Positions 28,901 through 40,176 are shown, counted from the first letter of the stretch. The stretch is DNA of 64,000 nt from Gemmatimonadota bacterium (GCA_040389905.1 JAZJZK010000013.1:1-64000); one strand, 5' to 3'. The notes: generated by a model from the sequence alone, not told the origin. Numbers and translations: made by a program.

Positions 28901-31900
28901 CACAATCAGGCCGGCAGTCCTGATCGGATTGCCGCCTGCGTCCACGATCTGCACCCGTGGCTGCACCTCGATGGCGACGCCGACTTTTGCCGTCGTCGAC
29001 GGTTGGGTGATCGTAGCGAGCGCGCTCGCTGTACCAGTCTGTATTGGAATTGACGGCGAAAGGGCCGACGTCAAACCGCTGGACCCCATAGAGATCGTGA
29101 CCGTTCCGCTCGGCGCTCCGATGCGCTTCGCGACGGGCGACAGCGGCGCCGTAAACGAGCCGTCGGCGAGTGTGACACCCTCCACCGTAACCGTTTCTCC
29201 CGACGGAAGGACCGTGAGCAGCATCGTGACGGTGCGTCCAATCTCGCGCACCGGGTTGTTGAATTCATCGCGAAGCTGTGCGCTCACAGAACCGGGATCG
29301 ATCGGCGCGCCCACTGTAATCGACGATGGTAGCGTGCTCGTGAACGCGAGCTTCGTGGCCACCGGCGACGTCACGTTGATCGACGACGACGTCGCCGACG
29401 TCAGCCCGGCGGATACGAATTGAAGTGTTCGGGCGCCGGCCGGTCCGGTGATGCCCAGGTTGGTGAAGGTGACTCGCCCGTTCGCGTCCGTGGGGACGGT
29501 ACGGGTACCCGTCAACTCACCAGAGCCTGATGCGATGGAGACGTCCACGGAGAGATCCCCGGTGGTGGCATTACCGCCCGCATCGACGATCTGGACCACA
29601 GGTTGTACGGCAAACGGTGCACCCGATGTCGCAGTCGACGACGGCTGCGTCACCATGGTGATTGCCTTCGGAACGCCGGCAAGCACCGGTATCGCCGGCG
29701 ACGTGAGCGAGGTGAGACCGTCTGCACTGATGACGCTCGTGGCGGTTCCGATCGGCCCCACGTAGGGCGGGAGCGGGAACGTCGCCTGTCCGTTTGCATC
29801 CGTCGACACCGTGTTCGTGATCGTGGTGTTCGACGGCGCTACGACGAGCCTTGCCGTTACGGATACGCCCTGTTGAAGCACCCGATTGTTTGCCGCGTCG
29901 GTGAGTTCCACCGTGAAGGCGTTCGGGGATATCTCGGCGCCAACGCGTACGGACACTGGCCAGCTGGAAACGGCCCTGATCTTCGCTGCCGAACCCGCGG
30001 TCGCCGTCGCATGGAAGACGAAGGGACTGCCGTTGGGAACGCTCGCTGTTGCCGTGAGGATATACGGGCCAGCCGCGTTTCCGAGGGTCCACGCGTCCAG
30101 CGGCGCGATACCGGCTGCGTTCGTCGTCTGGCGTATCGTGGCTGCCGACGTCGCGCCGATCCGAGCCTGCGAGCCGAGACCGGCCGTAAACGTGATTTCC
30201 ACACCCGACACAGGATTGCCCGAGGCGTCAGTCACCTTCACCGACGGCGGAATCGGAACTGCGGTGCCGACCGTGGCGCTCTGGCCTTCCCCAGCGTTGA
30301 GAAGCATCGTCGCCGCTGTTCCAGCGCTGAGTGGAATACCGGCACTCGAAATCGGCGTGAGGCTCGGCGCGCCGAATGACAGCACGTATGTCCCGGTTGC
30401 GCCAGTCAGTGTGAGTCCAGAGAAGACGGCCTTGCCTGTCCCGTCCGTCGTTGCCGTCGCAAAGGACAGCGTCGGAACTGGCGACGCCGGACCAGAGGCG
30501 ATCGTCGCTGTTATCTGGATACCAGGCGTACTGACCGCGTTGTTGCCTGCGTCGAGCAGCTGAACAATCGGCTGCGTCGAGAACGGCGTACCAGACTGGC
30601 TCGGCGCCGCAAACGTGTTGGCAATCGACAACTTGGCGGCGGCACCAGCCGTGATCGTGATAGGCGCGGTCGCTGGTGTGCGCAGGCCATCGGAGAACTC
30701 CAACGTCCGCGAACCGGCGGTGCCGCTGATCGAGAGCCCGGGGAATGTCGCGATGCCGTTCGCATCGGTGTTGACGGTCGTGTTGCCCGAGAGGGTTCCA
30801 CCACCAGAGAGAATGATGACCGTGACCGGCACTCCCGCTTGCGCGATGGGATTGCCGGGCGCATCGACAAGCTGAACCGCGGGAACCGAGGAGAACGTGA
30901 CGCCGCTGCCGGCACTCGGCGGCGGTAGTGTCGCGAACAGATACCTCGCTGGTGCGCCGGGGCCTGCCGTGGCCGTAAACACAATCGGGCTGCCGGAGAG
31001 CGACGCGGTTGCTTCGATCGACTGCGTACCAACTGCGGGTCCAAGCGTCCAACTCGCAAGGCGCGCCGTGCCCGTGACGTTCGACGTCACGACCACCGGC
31101 GTCGATGAACCGTTCGCGCGGCTGCCATCCTTCGGCGTGAACGTCACATCCACGTTCGGCACGTTGTTGCCGAACGCGTCGCGCACTTGCACCGAGGGGT
31201 TCGTTGCCACGGGTTGGTTCACCGATCCCGATTGGTTCTGCACCGAGCCGATGACGATGTTGGTCGCTGGCCCAACGTTGACTGATACCGGCGCGCTCAC
31301 GGCGGATTCGAGCCCGCTGCCTTGGAAGATCAGTGTGCGAGGACCAATGGCGTTGGCAATCGACAGGTTCGTAAATGTTGCGACGCCGGACGCATTCGTT
31401 GCCACCACGAGGGTGCCATTCAACGTCCCGGATCCGCCGACCATGCTCGCCGTCGCGTTGACGCCCGCGGTGGACACGGGGTTGTCGCCGGCGTCGACCA
31501 GTTGCACGACTGGCTGTTGCGGGAACACCTGCTGGGCGATCACGCTCGACGACGGCTGTGTCTTCAGCACGAATCGCTTCGCCGCACCGGTGGACACGGT
31601 GATGTCTGGAATCGTCAGCGTCGTGACGCCCGGCGCCGTGAAGCTGATCTTCAGCGTACCAACCGGCCCGTCATACGACGGAGTTGCGAACGTCGCCAGA
31701 CCACTTGCGTCTGTCACCGCCGTGAAGCTGTTGGTGGAATTGGACGGGAGGACCGTTCCCGTGAGCGTCACCGTGACCCCTTGCTGCGCCACGGCATTGC
31801 CAAGCGCGTCGGCGATGCGCACCGCAAATGGTTGTGCGAATGGAACGCCAACCGTAATCGCGGTGGGGAAGGTGCTTGCCCCTGCCAGCTTCGATGCGCT

Positions 31901-34900
31901 GCCGACGGTCGCCGTTGCTGTAAACGACGTCGTCAGCGCTCCAAGCGTGGCCACGAGCGAATTCGCACCAGGCGTGTCGCGCAGCGTCCACGAACCCACC
32001 GCGGCAATTCCGCTGGCGTTCGTACTCGCGACCCCGCCAGTCACGGAGCCGCTGTTGGCGCCCGGCGCAAAGGTGACGGATACGTTCGGCACGGGATTAC
32101 CACTCGCGTCAGTCACCAACACGCTCGGTGGAATACTCACCGAGCTTCCCGCCGGCGCCGATTGTCCATCGCCGGCGTTGCGCGTCATCGTCGCCGGCGT
32201 ACCAGCGCTCACGACGATCTCGCTGGTTGTAACGCCCTGCAGTCCGGTCGCAAGGAACACGAGTGTGCGAGGGCCGGCCGGTCCGGAAATCGTCAGGTTG
32301 TCGAATATGGCCTGACCCTGCGCATCGCTCTGGACCGTCGTGGTGCCGCTGAGTGTCCCGCCACCACTGGCGATCGAGACGCCCACATTCAGTTGCGCAC
32401 CCACGCGATTCTGGGACGCATCGACCAGCGCAATCCGCGTCGATGGTACGAGTCGTTCACCACTCGCTCCCGTCGTCGGTGGTTGTGTCAGTATGATGAG
32501 TCCCGCCGGGTTGCCAGGAATGACCGTGATCGCAGGCGAGAGATACGACGTGACGCTGGGCGCGCTGATCGTGATGATCACCTGGCCGACTGGCCCGAAG
32601 TACGGCTGAATCGTAAACGTGGCGATACCGTTGGCGTCGGTCGTCGCCGTCAGGGTCTGCGTGCCTGACGAAGCGGCAGCATCGGACGCCACCGCCTCAC
32701 CCGCCGGCGGAGATGCGACCGGCACGGTGAGTGTCACCGTCACGCCAGTCTGCCGAACAGGATTGTTCGCGCCATCGGCCAACTGCACACGCACCTGCGG
32801 GATCGGCTCGCCAACTTTGATCGTTGCCGGCGGTGCGGCGAGCACCAGGAGCTGCGAGGCCGTGCCGCTGGTGCCGGTGGCGGAGAACGTCGTGTTCAAC
32901 GAGCCCGCGGTCGCCGTCAGGGTGTTCGGACCGGCGGTCGAGCTGAGCCTCCATGACCCGACCGCTGCGATGCCATTCGCATCCGTAGAGGCCACGCCGT
33001 CGACAACCGAGCCACTGTTCGGCCCGGGCGCGAACGTGACGGAAACGCCCGGCACCGGATTACCGCTCGCGTCCTTCACGAGTACACTTGGCGGAATTGC
33101 CACGGTGCTACCCGCCGTCGCGCTCTGCCCGTCGCCCGCATTTCGGGTGATCGCAGCAGCCGCGCCGGCCGTCATCGTGATCGGCGCCGTCGTCACGCTC
33201 GTGAGACCCGGCGCACTGAACGTCAGCGTGCGCGCACCGGTGGTGCCGGAAATCGTGAGACTCGTGAAGGTCGCTCGCCCCTGTGCGTCCGTTGGCACGG
33301 TGGTCGAGCCGCCAAGCGTGCCGCCTCCCGTCGCGATGACAGCGCTTACGTTCACGCCGGCGCCCGTCACGAGATTGCGACCTGCATCTGCCAACAGCAG
33401 CTGCGGGGCAGGCGAGAATGGCGCGCCAATCACGCCGGTGCCCGCGTAGTTGGCGAGGATGAGCTGAGCCGGCGATCCAGCGATGACCGGAATGCCGGGG
33501 AATACTCGCGACGTGGCGCCAGACGCACTGATCGTGATCGTCGCGGTTCCGACGTACGATGCGTAGGCCGACGGCGCCAGCGTCGCAATGCCGCTCGCGT
33601 TCGTTATCGCGGTAGCCGTAAACGTTCCCGTGATTCCCGCGGCGTCGTTCTCTCCGTTCGGACCGCCCGGCGTCGCATCCGGAGGCGCGACGGGCGTGAC
33701 GGTGCCTACCAGCGACACGGTCACTCCGGCCTGCGCCACCGGGTTGTTGGCCGCGTCCGCCAGTTGGACTCGGATCGACGGAATCGCCGCGCCGACCGTG
33801 ATCGTCGTCGGCACCACATCGACCAGCGCGAGCTTGGAGGCGCTGCCGCTCGTTCCGGTTGCGGTAAACGACGCACTCAATGCGCCCGCCGTTGCGGTTA
33901 GCGTGTTCGTGCCCGCGGTGGAGCCGAGCGTCCACGATCCCACGGTCGCAATACCGCTGGCATTCGTCGACACGGTGCCGCCGGTGACCGCGCCGCTATT
34001 GACGCCCGGCGTGAAGGTCACGGAAACGCCCTGCACCGGATTGCCGCTGCCATCCTTCACCAGCACACTCGGCGGAATGCTCACCGCGCTTCCTGCGGTC
34101 GCCGTTTGTCCATCACCCGCGTTGCTGGTCATGGTTGACGGGGCGCCCGCGCCGATCTCGATGGTGTTGGTCGTCGTGCCGGCGAGCCCGGGAGCTGAAA
34201 AGACGAGCGTTCTACCGCCGGCCGAGCCGGAGATCGTGAGATCGCCGAAGACGGCCTGACCCTGCGGATCGGTCTGAACGATGGTCGTTCCACCCAGCGT
34301 GCCACCGCCAGTGCCGATGGACGCGGTGACGCTCACGCCACCTGCCGGCGTCCGATTCTGTGCAACGTCGACAACCACGACGCGCGTCGCCGGTTGAAGT
34401 GGCGTGCCGACGGTTCCGGTTGCAGGCGGTTGCGCGACGATCGCGAGTCCGGCCGGGTCGCCCGGCGTAACAGTGATCACGGGCGAGAGGTAGGATGCGA
34501 AGCCCGACGCGGTAATGGTCACCGTTACCTGCCCGGTTGGCCCCATGTACGGCGGAATTGCGAACGTCGCGACGCCATTGGCGTCGGTGCCCACGGTCAT
34601 CGACTGCGGTTCCCCTGTCGGGAACTCCGAGTTCGCCTGCGCGTCACCGGCCGGCGGAGGCGCGGCCGCCACGGTCAGTGTAACGTTCACGCCACTCTGC
34701 GTGACCGGATTGTTCGCACCGTCCGCCAGTTGCACACGAACGGGCGCGATCGGCGTACCGACCTTGATCGTCGTCGGCGGCGCATTGAGGATGACGAGCT
34801 TGGACGCACTCCCACTCGTTCCGGTGGCGGTGAAGCTGGTGTTCAACGCGCCAGCCGTTGCGGGCAGCGTGTTCGAGCCCGCGGTCGTGCTGAGCGACCA

Positions 34901-37702
34901 CGAGCCAACCGTCGCAATGCCGCTGGCGTTCGTGGTCGCCGTCCCGCCGGTCACCGAGCCGTTACCGGAAGCCGGCCCGAAGGTGACCGACACCCCAGCA
35001 ACAGGATTACCACCTGCGTCCTTCACCAGGACGCTGGGCGGAATGCTGACGGCGGTGCCCGCTGTTGCGGTCTGCGCGTCCCCCGCATTGCGCGTCATCG
35101 TCGCCGGCGTACCTGCGTTCATCGTGATCGTGCTGGTCGACGTGCTCGCGAGTCCCGTCGCCGAGAACACGAGCGTGCGTCCGCCCGGCGTTCCGCTGAT
35201 CGTGAGGTTCGTGAACGTTGCCCGTCCCTGCGCATCGGTCGGAACGGTCGTCGAGCCGCCCAGCGTTCCACCGCCCGTCGCGATGGCCACGCTGATGTTC
35301 ACGCCGGCGCCCGTCACGAAATTGCGTCCCGCGTCAGCCAGCAGCACCTGTGGCGGATTCGCGAATGGCGCGCCCAGCGTGCCATTGCTCGGGTAGTTGC
35401 CGAGGACCAGTTGCGCAGGCGCTCCCGCGACGACGGGGATGCTGGAGAACACCAGCGAAGTAACGCTCGCGGAACTGATGGTGATCGTCGCCGTCCCGAC
35501 ATAGGACTGGTAGACGGAGGGCGTCAGCGTCGCCACACCCGTCGCGTCGGTTGTGCCGCTCGCCGTGAATCCATTCAGGCCCGCGGCATCCTCGTCGGCA
35601 CTCGGACCGCCAGGCGTGCCTTCGGTATTGTTCACCGGGTTCACCACACCCGTGAGCGACACGACGACGCCGGCAGTGTTCACCGGATTATTCGACGCGT
35701 CAGCCAGGCGAACCTTGATCGCGGGGATCGGCGCTCCGACGATGATCGTGGTAGGCGGGCCCGTGACCACGACGAATTTCGTCGGCGAGGTGCTCGTACC
35801 CGTCGCCACGAATGTCGCACTCACGCTTCCAACCGTTGCCGTCAGCGTGTTCGTGCCGCCCGTACCTCCGAGCGTCCACGAGCCAACGCTCGCGACGCCG
35901 CCGGCATTGGTCAACGGCGTGGCGCCAGTCACACTACCGCCGCCGCTCGCGACAGCAAACACTACCTGCTGTCCCACAACCGGATTCCTCTCGGAATCCG
36001 TCACCAAAACACGCGGTTGCACCGGGACGGCCGAATTCACCGGCGCACTCTGCCCGTCGCCGTCGGTGATCTCGATCCTGGCGGGCGCTCCCGCCTGAAT
36101 CGTGAACGCCGTGGAGGCCGTGAGTGGCCCGGTCGACGCGGTCACCGTCACCTGTCCCGCCGCTGAGCCGAGTGTCACGGACGTCGATGCCTGTCCGTCG
36201 GCACCGGTGGTCGAGCTGGCAGGCGTGAACGTCGCCTGCTCGCCCGACGCGCTCCAGCTGACAGACGCGCCGGAAACCGGATTACCCAGCCCATCCACGA
36301 CGCGGGCGACCAGTGGGTTCGGCAGCGTTGTCTTCGCCTTTCCTGTTTGTCCGCCGCCGGACGTGATCGCAATGGCGCTCGCGCTCCGCGCAGTGACGCG
36401 CAGCGTGAACACGGCGCTGCCGCTCACCCCAGCGGTCGTTGCCCGCACCTCCTCGTTGCCGACTGACGAGCCGAGCGTGTACGTCACGCTCGTCGTTCCA
36501 TCCGCACCCGTCGTGCTACTCGAGGCGCTTAAACTTCCGCTGCCCGTACGAGCCCAGCTCACCGGCACGCCACTGATGGTCGCGCCGAATGCATTCGTCA
36601 CGCGAACCACCAGTGCCTGCGGCAGTGTCCGGCCAACCGAATCCGCCTGTCCGTCGCCGGAGACGACCGCGATCGCGGCTGGAGGAGCAGCGGTTGCCGT
36701 TTCGTTGACGGTCACTGGGGTCACTGTCCCCGACGCCGCCTCGTACGTCCACGCGCCCGCCGTCTTCCCGAGCGTCAGCGTCGTCGATGCACGACCCGTG
36801 GCGTCGGCGACGGCCGACGCGGTCGCGACCGCTCCTCCTGCCGTGACCGCACGGAAGGTTACCGTCGCTCCCGGCACCGGCAGGTTGTCCGTCGCCTGTA
36901 CTTCGACCACCAGCGGCTGCGGAAGCGTGCTCCCGGCAACACCGGTCTGCCCTCCACCACTGACCACAACCAGCCGCGCGGCGGCCGGTACGAACGTCAC
37001 GCTGGTAGCGCCGGTGATTCCCGACGGCGTAATAGCCGAGATCGTCGCCGTGCCGCGGCGTCCCTGACCCACGACCGATGCGGTCGCATTGCCCGTCGAG
37101 GTCACGGCCGCAAGCGCCGCGTCACTGGTCGTCCACCGAACCAGGAGGTCGGGTACCGCGGCATTCGTCGCGTCGAATCCCGTCGCTGTAACCGGCAGTG
37201 TCGCCGTGGCGGGGATGCTCTGATCGACTGGCTGGACCGTAACACGTGTGGTCGAGCGGCCAGGACCGGTGTAGTTCACGACCACGACCGGCGGATTCGT
37301 CGGCGCTGGTGCGCCGGCCACCGTCGCCGTGACGGTCTGTGACCCCGAAAACAGTACGGTGTGACTCGCGTCGCGCAGCTCGAGAACGGCGGTAAATGCC
37401 TGTCCCGTCGAACTCGCCGGTACCGGAATCTCGATCGTGAGCTCGTTGACCCCTGCGGGGAACACGATCACCGTATCGCGAGTGGTGCCATCGGGAGCGG
37501 TCAGGCGCACGTGCACCTCGCTCACCTCGATGCCGAAGGCTGACAGGCCGCGGTAGATCTCCGCGGCTTCCGGCGAGAAGCTCGGCGAGAATGTCAGGTA
37601 GCGCGGGCTGAGACTCTTGGGTAGCCCAGTCGGTGCATCAGTGCACGTAATTCCGATAAGGGCCAGGGCCACAAGCCCGGCAATCCGAAAGCTGGAGCGC
37701 AT
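25985..37702 (-). CDS. Giant (3905 aa) surface lipoprotein: tandem Big_1/invasin-like Ig domains, a cohesin-like domain and a beta-rich C-terminus
   Basis: Lipobox-like LIGITC; repeated GDGQ...V.D..GNPV.GV.VTF motifs; LASMTFDVTWDPTQFDY cohesin-like motif. Confidence 0.88.
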   Translation of the reverse strand: MRSSFRIAGLVALALIGITCTDAPTGLPKSLSPRYLTFSPSFSPEAAEIYRGLSAFGIEVSEVHVRLTAPDGTTRDTVIVFPAGVNELTIEIPVPASSTGQAFTAVLELRDASHTVLFSGSQTVTATVAGAPAPTNPPVVVVNYTGPGRSTTRVTVQPVDQSIPATATLPVTATGFDATNAAVPDLLVRWTTSDAALAAVTSTGNATASVVGQGRRGTATISAITPSGITGATSVTFVPAAARLVVVSGGGQTGVAGSTLPQPLVVEVQATDNLPVPGATVTFRAVTAGGAVATASAVADATGRASTTLTLGKTAGAWTYEAASGTVTPVTVNETATAAPPAAIAVVSGDGQADSVGRTLPQALVVRVTNAFGATISGVPVSWARTGSGSLSASSSTTGADGTTSVTYTLGSSVGNEEVRATTAGVSGSAVFTLRVTARSASAIAITSGGGQTGKAKTTLPNPLVARVVDGLGNPVSGASVSWSASGEQATFTPASSTTGADGQASTSVTLGSAAGQVTVTASTGPLTASTAFTIQAGAPARIEITDGDGQSAPVNSAVPVQPRVLVTDSERNPVVGQQVVFAVASGGGSVTGATPLTNAGGVASVGSWTLGGTGGTNTLTATVGSVSATFVATGTSTSPTKFVVVTGPPTTIIVGAPIPAIKVRLADASNNPVNTAGVVVSLTGVVNPVNNTEGTPGGPSADEDAAGLNGFTASGTTDATGVATLTPSVYQSYVGTATITISSASVTSLVFSSIPVVAGAPAQLVLGNYPSNGTLGAPFANPPQVLLADAGRNFVTGAGVNISVAIATGGGTLGGSTTVPTDAQGRATFTNLTISGTPGGRTLVFSATGLASTSTSTITMNAGTPATMTRNAGDAQTATAGTAVSIPPSVLVKDAGGNPVAGVSVTFGPASGNGSVTGGTATTNASGIATVGSWSLSTTAGSNTLPATAGALNTSFTATGTSGSASKLVILNAPPTTIKVGTPIAPVRVQLADGANNPVTQSGVNVTLTVAAAPPPAGDAQANSEFPTGEPQSMTVGTDANGVATFAIPPYMGPTGQVTVTITASGFASYLSPVITVTPGDPAGLAIVAQPPATGTVGTPLQPATRVVVVDVAQNRTPAGGVSVTASIGTGGGTLGGTTIVQTDPQGQAVFGDLTISGSAGGRTLVFSAPGLAGTTTNTIEIGAGAPSTMTSNAGDGQTATAGSAVSIPPSVLVKDGSGNPVQGVSVTFTPGVNSGAVTGGTVSTNASGIATVGSWTLGSTAGTNTLTATAGALSASFTATGTSGSASKLALVDVVPTTITVGAAIPSIRVQLADAANNPVAQAGVTVSLVGTVTPVAPPDATPGGPNGENDAAGITGTFTATAITNASGIATLAPSAYASYVGTATITISASGATSRVFPGIPVIAGSPAQLILANYAGTGVIGAPFSPAPQLLLADAGRNLVTGAGVNVSAVIATGGGTLGGSTTVPTDAQGRATFTSLTISGTTGARTLTFSAPGLTSVTTAPITMTAGAAAAITRNAGDGQSATAGSTVAIPPSVLVKDASGNPVPGVSVTFAPGPNSGSVVDGVASTDANGIAAVGSWRLSSTAGPNTLTATAGSLNTTFSATGTSGTASQLLVLAAPPATIKVGEPIPQVRVQLADGANNPVRQTGVTVTLTVPVASPPAGEAVASDAAASSGTQTLTATTDANGIATFTIQPYFGPVGQVIITISAPSVTSYLSPAITVIPGNPAGLIILTQPPTTGASGERLVPSTRIALVDASQNRVGAQLNVGVSIASGGGTLSGTTTVQSDAQGQAIFDNLTISGPAGPRTLVFLATGLQGVTTSEIVVSAGTPATMTRNAGDGQSAPAGSSVSIPPSVLVTDASGNPVPNVSVTFAPGANSGSVTGGVASTNASGIAAVGSWTLRDTPGANSLVATLGALTTSFTATATVGSASKLAGASTFPTAITVGVPFAQPFAVRIADALGNAVAQQGVTVTLTGTVLPSNSTNSFTAVTDASGLATFATPSYDGPVGTLKISFTAPGVTTLTIPDITVSTGAAKRFVLKTQPSSSVIAQQVFPQQPVVQLVDAGDNPVSTAGVNATASMVGGSGTLNGTLVVATNASGVATFTNLSIANAIGPRTLIFQGSGLESAVSAPVSVNVGPATNIVIGSVQNQSGSVNQPVATNPSVQVRDAFGNNVPNVDVTFTPKDGSRANGSSTPVVVTSNVTGTARLASWTLGPAVGTQSIEATASLSGSPIVFTATAGPGAPARYLFATLPPPSAGSGVTFSSVPAVQLVDAPGNPIAQAGVPVTVIILSGGGTLSGNTTVNTDANGIATFPGLSISGTAGSRTLEFSDGLRTPATAPITITAGAAAKLSIANTFAAPSQSGTPFSTQPIVQLLDAGNNAVSTPGIQITATIASGPASPVPTLSFATATTDGTGKAVFSGLTLTGATGTYVLSFGAPSLTPISSAGIPLSAGTAATMLLNAGEGQSATVGTAVPIPPSVKVTDASGNPVSGVEITFTAGLGSQARIGATSAATIRQTTNAAGIAPLDAWTLGNAAGPYILTATASVPNGSPFVFHATATAGSAAKIRAVSSWPVSVRVGAEISPNAFTVELTDAANNRVLQQGVSVTARLVVAPSNTTITNTVSTDANGQATFPLPPYVGPIGTATSVISADGLTSLTSPAIPVLAGVPKAITMVTQPSSTATSGAPFAVQPVVQIVDAGGNATTGDLSVDVSIASGSGELTGTRTVPTDANGRVTFTNLGITGPAGARTLQFVSAGLTSATSSSINVTSPVATKLAFTSTLPSSITVGAPIDPGSVSAQLRDEFNNPVREIGRTVTMLLTVLPSGETVTVEGVTLADGSFTAPLSPVAKRIGAPSGTVTISMGSSGLTSALSPSIPIQTGTASALATITQPSTTAKVGVAIEVQPRVQIVDAGGNPIRTAGLIVDAEVLPQGSLSGNVHVATDGEGVVAYSDLAINALVGSRNLQFNRPGLTSSGSTSITVTAGDASKFAIVTQPSATAASGVVFAQQPILQITDAAGNPVTKAGIELNTVIASGGGTLEGSRFPSPDGNGRVTFTDLRITGTPGPRTLRFSGGGLVDAISNSIDITPAPASKLVIATAPPATAQSGVALTTQPVIQVADASGAPVSSPGIVVTATTTGGESSVTGVATATTNANGVATFTNLGINGRGLIALQFAASGLTSVVSANIDVGAPPAVSIAVNIGATPSTSGAIGTNMAIPIIIDMANAQGQNLASMTFDVTWDPTQFDYVSRTNGSFGEGPSYTVNTANTSTGRLAVSVFDNDGFSTGSPTILTVTLLPKASKSGSVTTAITTAGSADGNSIALSKFVIRPLTVTTGTPAAASIVTTSGLYVARLPRQPVAEGVITFTVMTASNQPVGAGYSVQFSGQREDCNFPGGATTNASGVVTLAVTTDSMRIGCTITASTPSEFSTKAFVTTVPYAATHVWFGGTAETYYDWDRAQSWIRMSDMSSTAPSSPSDVPYIAAFYGNPWPRLAANKTVGGLYMSAGSQIDLNGKQLTVAGPIDMGGTEYEGESFRTAVRSGTLMPRGRLNGRSSESRSDYEGSGYVWNGTVIVQGTVDIRGIFDKLTVGAGSCGGASPQYAHLRDAFAYDLMTVVCGAIVENALAGRLVGNAGSFVKVAGSGNFYVEGDADLLGDSLVVLPYSTTEIDGQAQIRGRLEMYGGSYLDLYGATSFNGTGSLANGEIYAASHVTFGGAGSAGYQFTGGALYVGGNFTQLNGSGPIAFKSSGVHQVSMVGGEAQTMQFADPVNNTIASLYADNHAGVSLLSDLTLSGGEFPFLAVANGPFVVAAGKTLATTGALFFDTGGTLRADGTVRFGSCYTDDDPYPIFNGSGTVNGKAPAEVGCELRGGPSELRGRPIPTARNRAPSRLPIKK

Positions 37703-37902
37703 GGAAACAAAGGGCGCGGGAAACGGCGCAGGCTAACCGGAATCGGTCGCCGCGGCGCCAACTATGAATTGGCGAAAAACTGGAAACTGCGAGTTCCTGC
37801 TCAAGGTCACAATGACCCTGATCACATTGCAGACTCACCTACACAGGACGATTACACGCCGTGAAGGTATAAGCAAATGTTTTGTGGCGAGCTCTACAAG
37901 CT

Positions 37903-40014
37903 TTAGAACTTCAGGATTTCTGCGATCGCACGCTTGAACGTTTCCACCTGCGGAAGAATCGCGTCCTCGAGCTGCGGTGCGTAGCCAACGAACGTGTCCG
38001 TACTGGCCACGCGCTTGACGGGTGCATCGAGCCACGCAAAACAATCATCCGCGATCCGCGCCGCGATCTCGGCGCCGTAGCCCCAGGAGACGGAGTCCTC
38101 ATACGCGACGATCACGCGACTCGTCTTCTTCACGCTTTCGTAAACTCGCTCTTTGTCCCACGGCGACAACGACCGAAGGTCGATCACCTCTGCACTGACG
38201 CCGCGCTCTTCCTGCATCTGGTTCGCGGCAGCGAACGCCCGCTGTACCGTGGCGCCGTAGGTCACGATCGTGACGTCCGAGCCTTCGCGAACGACACGCG
38301 CCTTCCCGAACGGAATCATGAAGTTCGGGCCGGGATACGCCGCTTTGTTGTACGTCTGCCGGTAGAGATGCTTGTGCTCGAGGAAGATCACGGGATCCTC
38401 GCAACGAATTGCCGTGCGCAACAGGCCGTTTGCGTCCAGTGCATTCGACGGGCAGATCACCCGCAAACCCGGGCAATGGGTGAACAGCGACGCGCCCGTC
38501 TGCGAATGGTAGATGGCACCGCGGATGTAGCCACCATACGTCACGCGAATGACCACCGACGACGAAAAAGCGTTGTTCGACCGCCAGCGCATCGTGGCCA
38601 ACTCGTCGCGAATCTGCATGTACGCGGGCCAGATGTAGTCGAAGAACTGCACTTCGACGACCGGCTTGAACCCTCGCAGCGCCAGGCCGATCGCGCGCCC
38701 TACGATCGTGGCCTCCGCAAGCGGCGTGTTATACACGCGCGCGCTCCCGAACTCCTTCTGAAGGCCCCACGTCACCTTGAAGACACCGCCCTTTCCCTTG
38801 ACCTTGCCGAGGTGCTGCTCGCGCGAGACGTCAGCGACGTCCTGGCCGAAGATGAGGATCTTCGGATCGCGCCGCATTTCGTCCTTCATGCACGCGTTCA
38901 GCAGGTCCACCATCGTCGTTTCGTTGCCGGCGAACTGCGGGTCGTCTTCCGTGTCGAACTGTTCGCCCGTGGGGTCGACGTCGGGCGAATAGACGAATTG
39001 CTCGATTGTCTCCGGACCAGGCTGCGGCTGCGCCAGGGCGTCATCCGTCGCCGCAAGCACGATCGCATCCACCTCCTCCGCAATTGCCGCCAGATCGGCT
39101 TCCGTTGCGTGCCCCTCCGCGACGAGCCACTTCGGGAACTGCACGAGCGGATCGCGCGCCGCGTCCAGGTCGCGTTCGTCGGCAGGGCGATACAACACTT
39201 CGTCGTCCGACAGCGAGTGCGAGTAGGGCCGAATGACCTTCGCGTGCACAAGGGCAGGGCCCTTTCTGGCGCGCGCGTAGTCCACCGCCTTCTGCATCAC
39301 CGCATGGCTCGCGAGCAAGTCGCATCCATCGACTTCCTGGACGTACAGGTCGGGGAACGATGCGACGAGCTTCGAGATCGAACCGCCCGCCGTATTGACC
39401 TCGACGGGCACCGAGATCGCGTACCCATTGTCCTCGACCAGATAGACGATGGGCAGCTTGAGGTTGGACGCCGTGTTGAGCGACTCCCAGAATTCGCCCT
39501 CCGACGTGGTGCCGTCGCCAGTGGAGACGAGAACGACTTCATCCCGCTCGAATCCCTCCGTGATATCCAGAAGCTTCGCCCGGAGCGATGCCTCGGCGCT
39601 GCCGACCGCCTGAAGGAACTGCGTTCCCGTCGGCGACGACGTCGAGACGATGTTATAGTCCTTATGGCCCCAGTGGCTCGGCATCTGGCGCCCGCCGGAA
39701 CTGGGATCGATCGCTGCGCCGACCGCTTCGTACAGCATCTCGTTCGGCGTCATGCCGAGTGTCAGGCAGAGGGCGCGGTCGCGATAGTAGAGGTAGAACC
39801 AGTCGTACGCGGGCTTGAGGACAAATCCCGCTGCGCACAGGATGGCCTCGTGTCCGGCGCCAGAGATCTGAAAGAAGATCTTGTTCTGTCGCTTGAGCTG
39901 GATCTCCTTGTCGTCGATCCGGCGCGACAGGAGCATCGTGCGGTAGGCAGCGACCAGCTGGTCGCGCGAAAGTGCAGCTGTACCCTTGCGTTCGGCGCGG
40001 GTCTGGGTCGCCAT
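37903..40014 (-). CDS. Fused 2-oxoacid (2-oxoisovalerate-like) dehydrogenase E1 alpha/beta
   Basis: [18 protein letters not shown] motif; [19 protein letters not shown] beta motifs. Confidence 0.92.
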   Translation of the reverse strand: MATQTRAERKGTAALSRDQLVAAYRTMLLSRRIDDKEIQLKRQNKIFFQISGAGHEAILCAAGFVLKPAYDWFYLYYRDRALCLTLGMTPNEMLYEAVGAAIDPSSGGRQMPSHWGHKDYNIVSTSSPTGTQFLQAVGSAEASLRAKLLDITEGFERDEVVLVSTGDGTTSEGEFWESLNTASNLKLPIVYLVEDNGYAISVPVEVNTAGGSISKLVASFPDLYVQEVDGCDLLASHAVMQKAVDYARARKGPALVHAKVIRPYSHSLSDDEVLYRPADERDLDAARDPLVQFPKWLVAEGHATEADLAAIAEEVDAIVLAATDDALAQPQPGPETIEQFVYSPDVDPTGEQFDTEDDPQFAGNETTMVDLLNACMKDEMRRDPKILIFGQDVADVSREQHLGKVKGKGGVFKVTWGLQKEFGSARVYNTPLAEATIVGRAIGLALRGFKPVVEVQFFDYIWPAYMQIRDELATMRWRSNNAFSSSVVIRVTYGGYIRGAIYHSQTGASLFTHCPGLRVICPSNALDANGLLRTAIRCEDPVIFLEHKHLYRQTYNKAAYPGPNFMIPFGKARVVREGSDVTIVTYGATVQRAFAAANQMQEERGVSAEVIDLRSLSPWDKERVYESVKKTSRVIVAYEDSVSWGYGAEIAARIADDCFAWLDAPVKRVASTDTFVGYAPQLEDAILPQVETFKRAIAEILKF

Positions 40015-40176
40015 GCGGAGAAGCGGTTTCGGGTGCGAATCAATGGTCCGTCAGGCTGGGAAAGATAACCCTCTGGCGCCGGGCAGAAAGACGGACTGTG
40101 CGGGTCGGCCGGCTGGCATGCTCAGCTGGCACTGCCCATGCATTCTCGGCATGCCGCAACCACATGGAGAAGACAA

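Noticed and set aside
37882..40068. 728-aa + strand ORF
   Set aside because: Antisense shadow of the E1 alpha/beta gene; no motifs; expected in high-GC coding DNA
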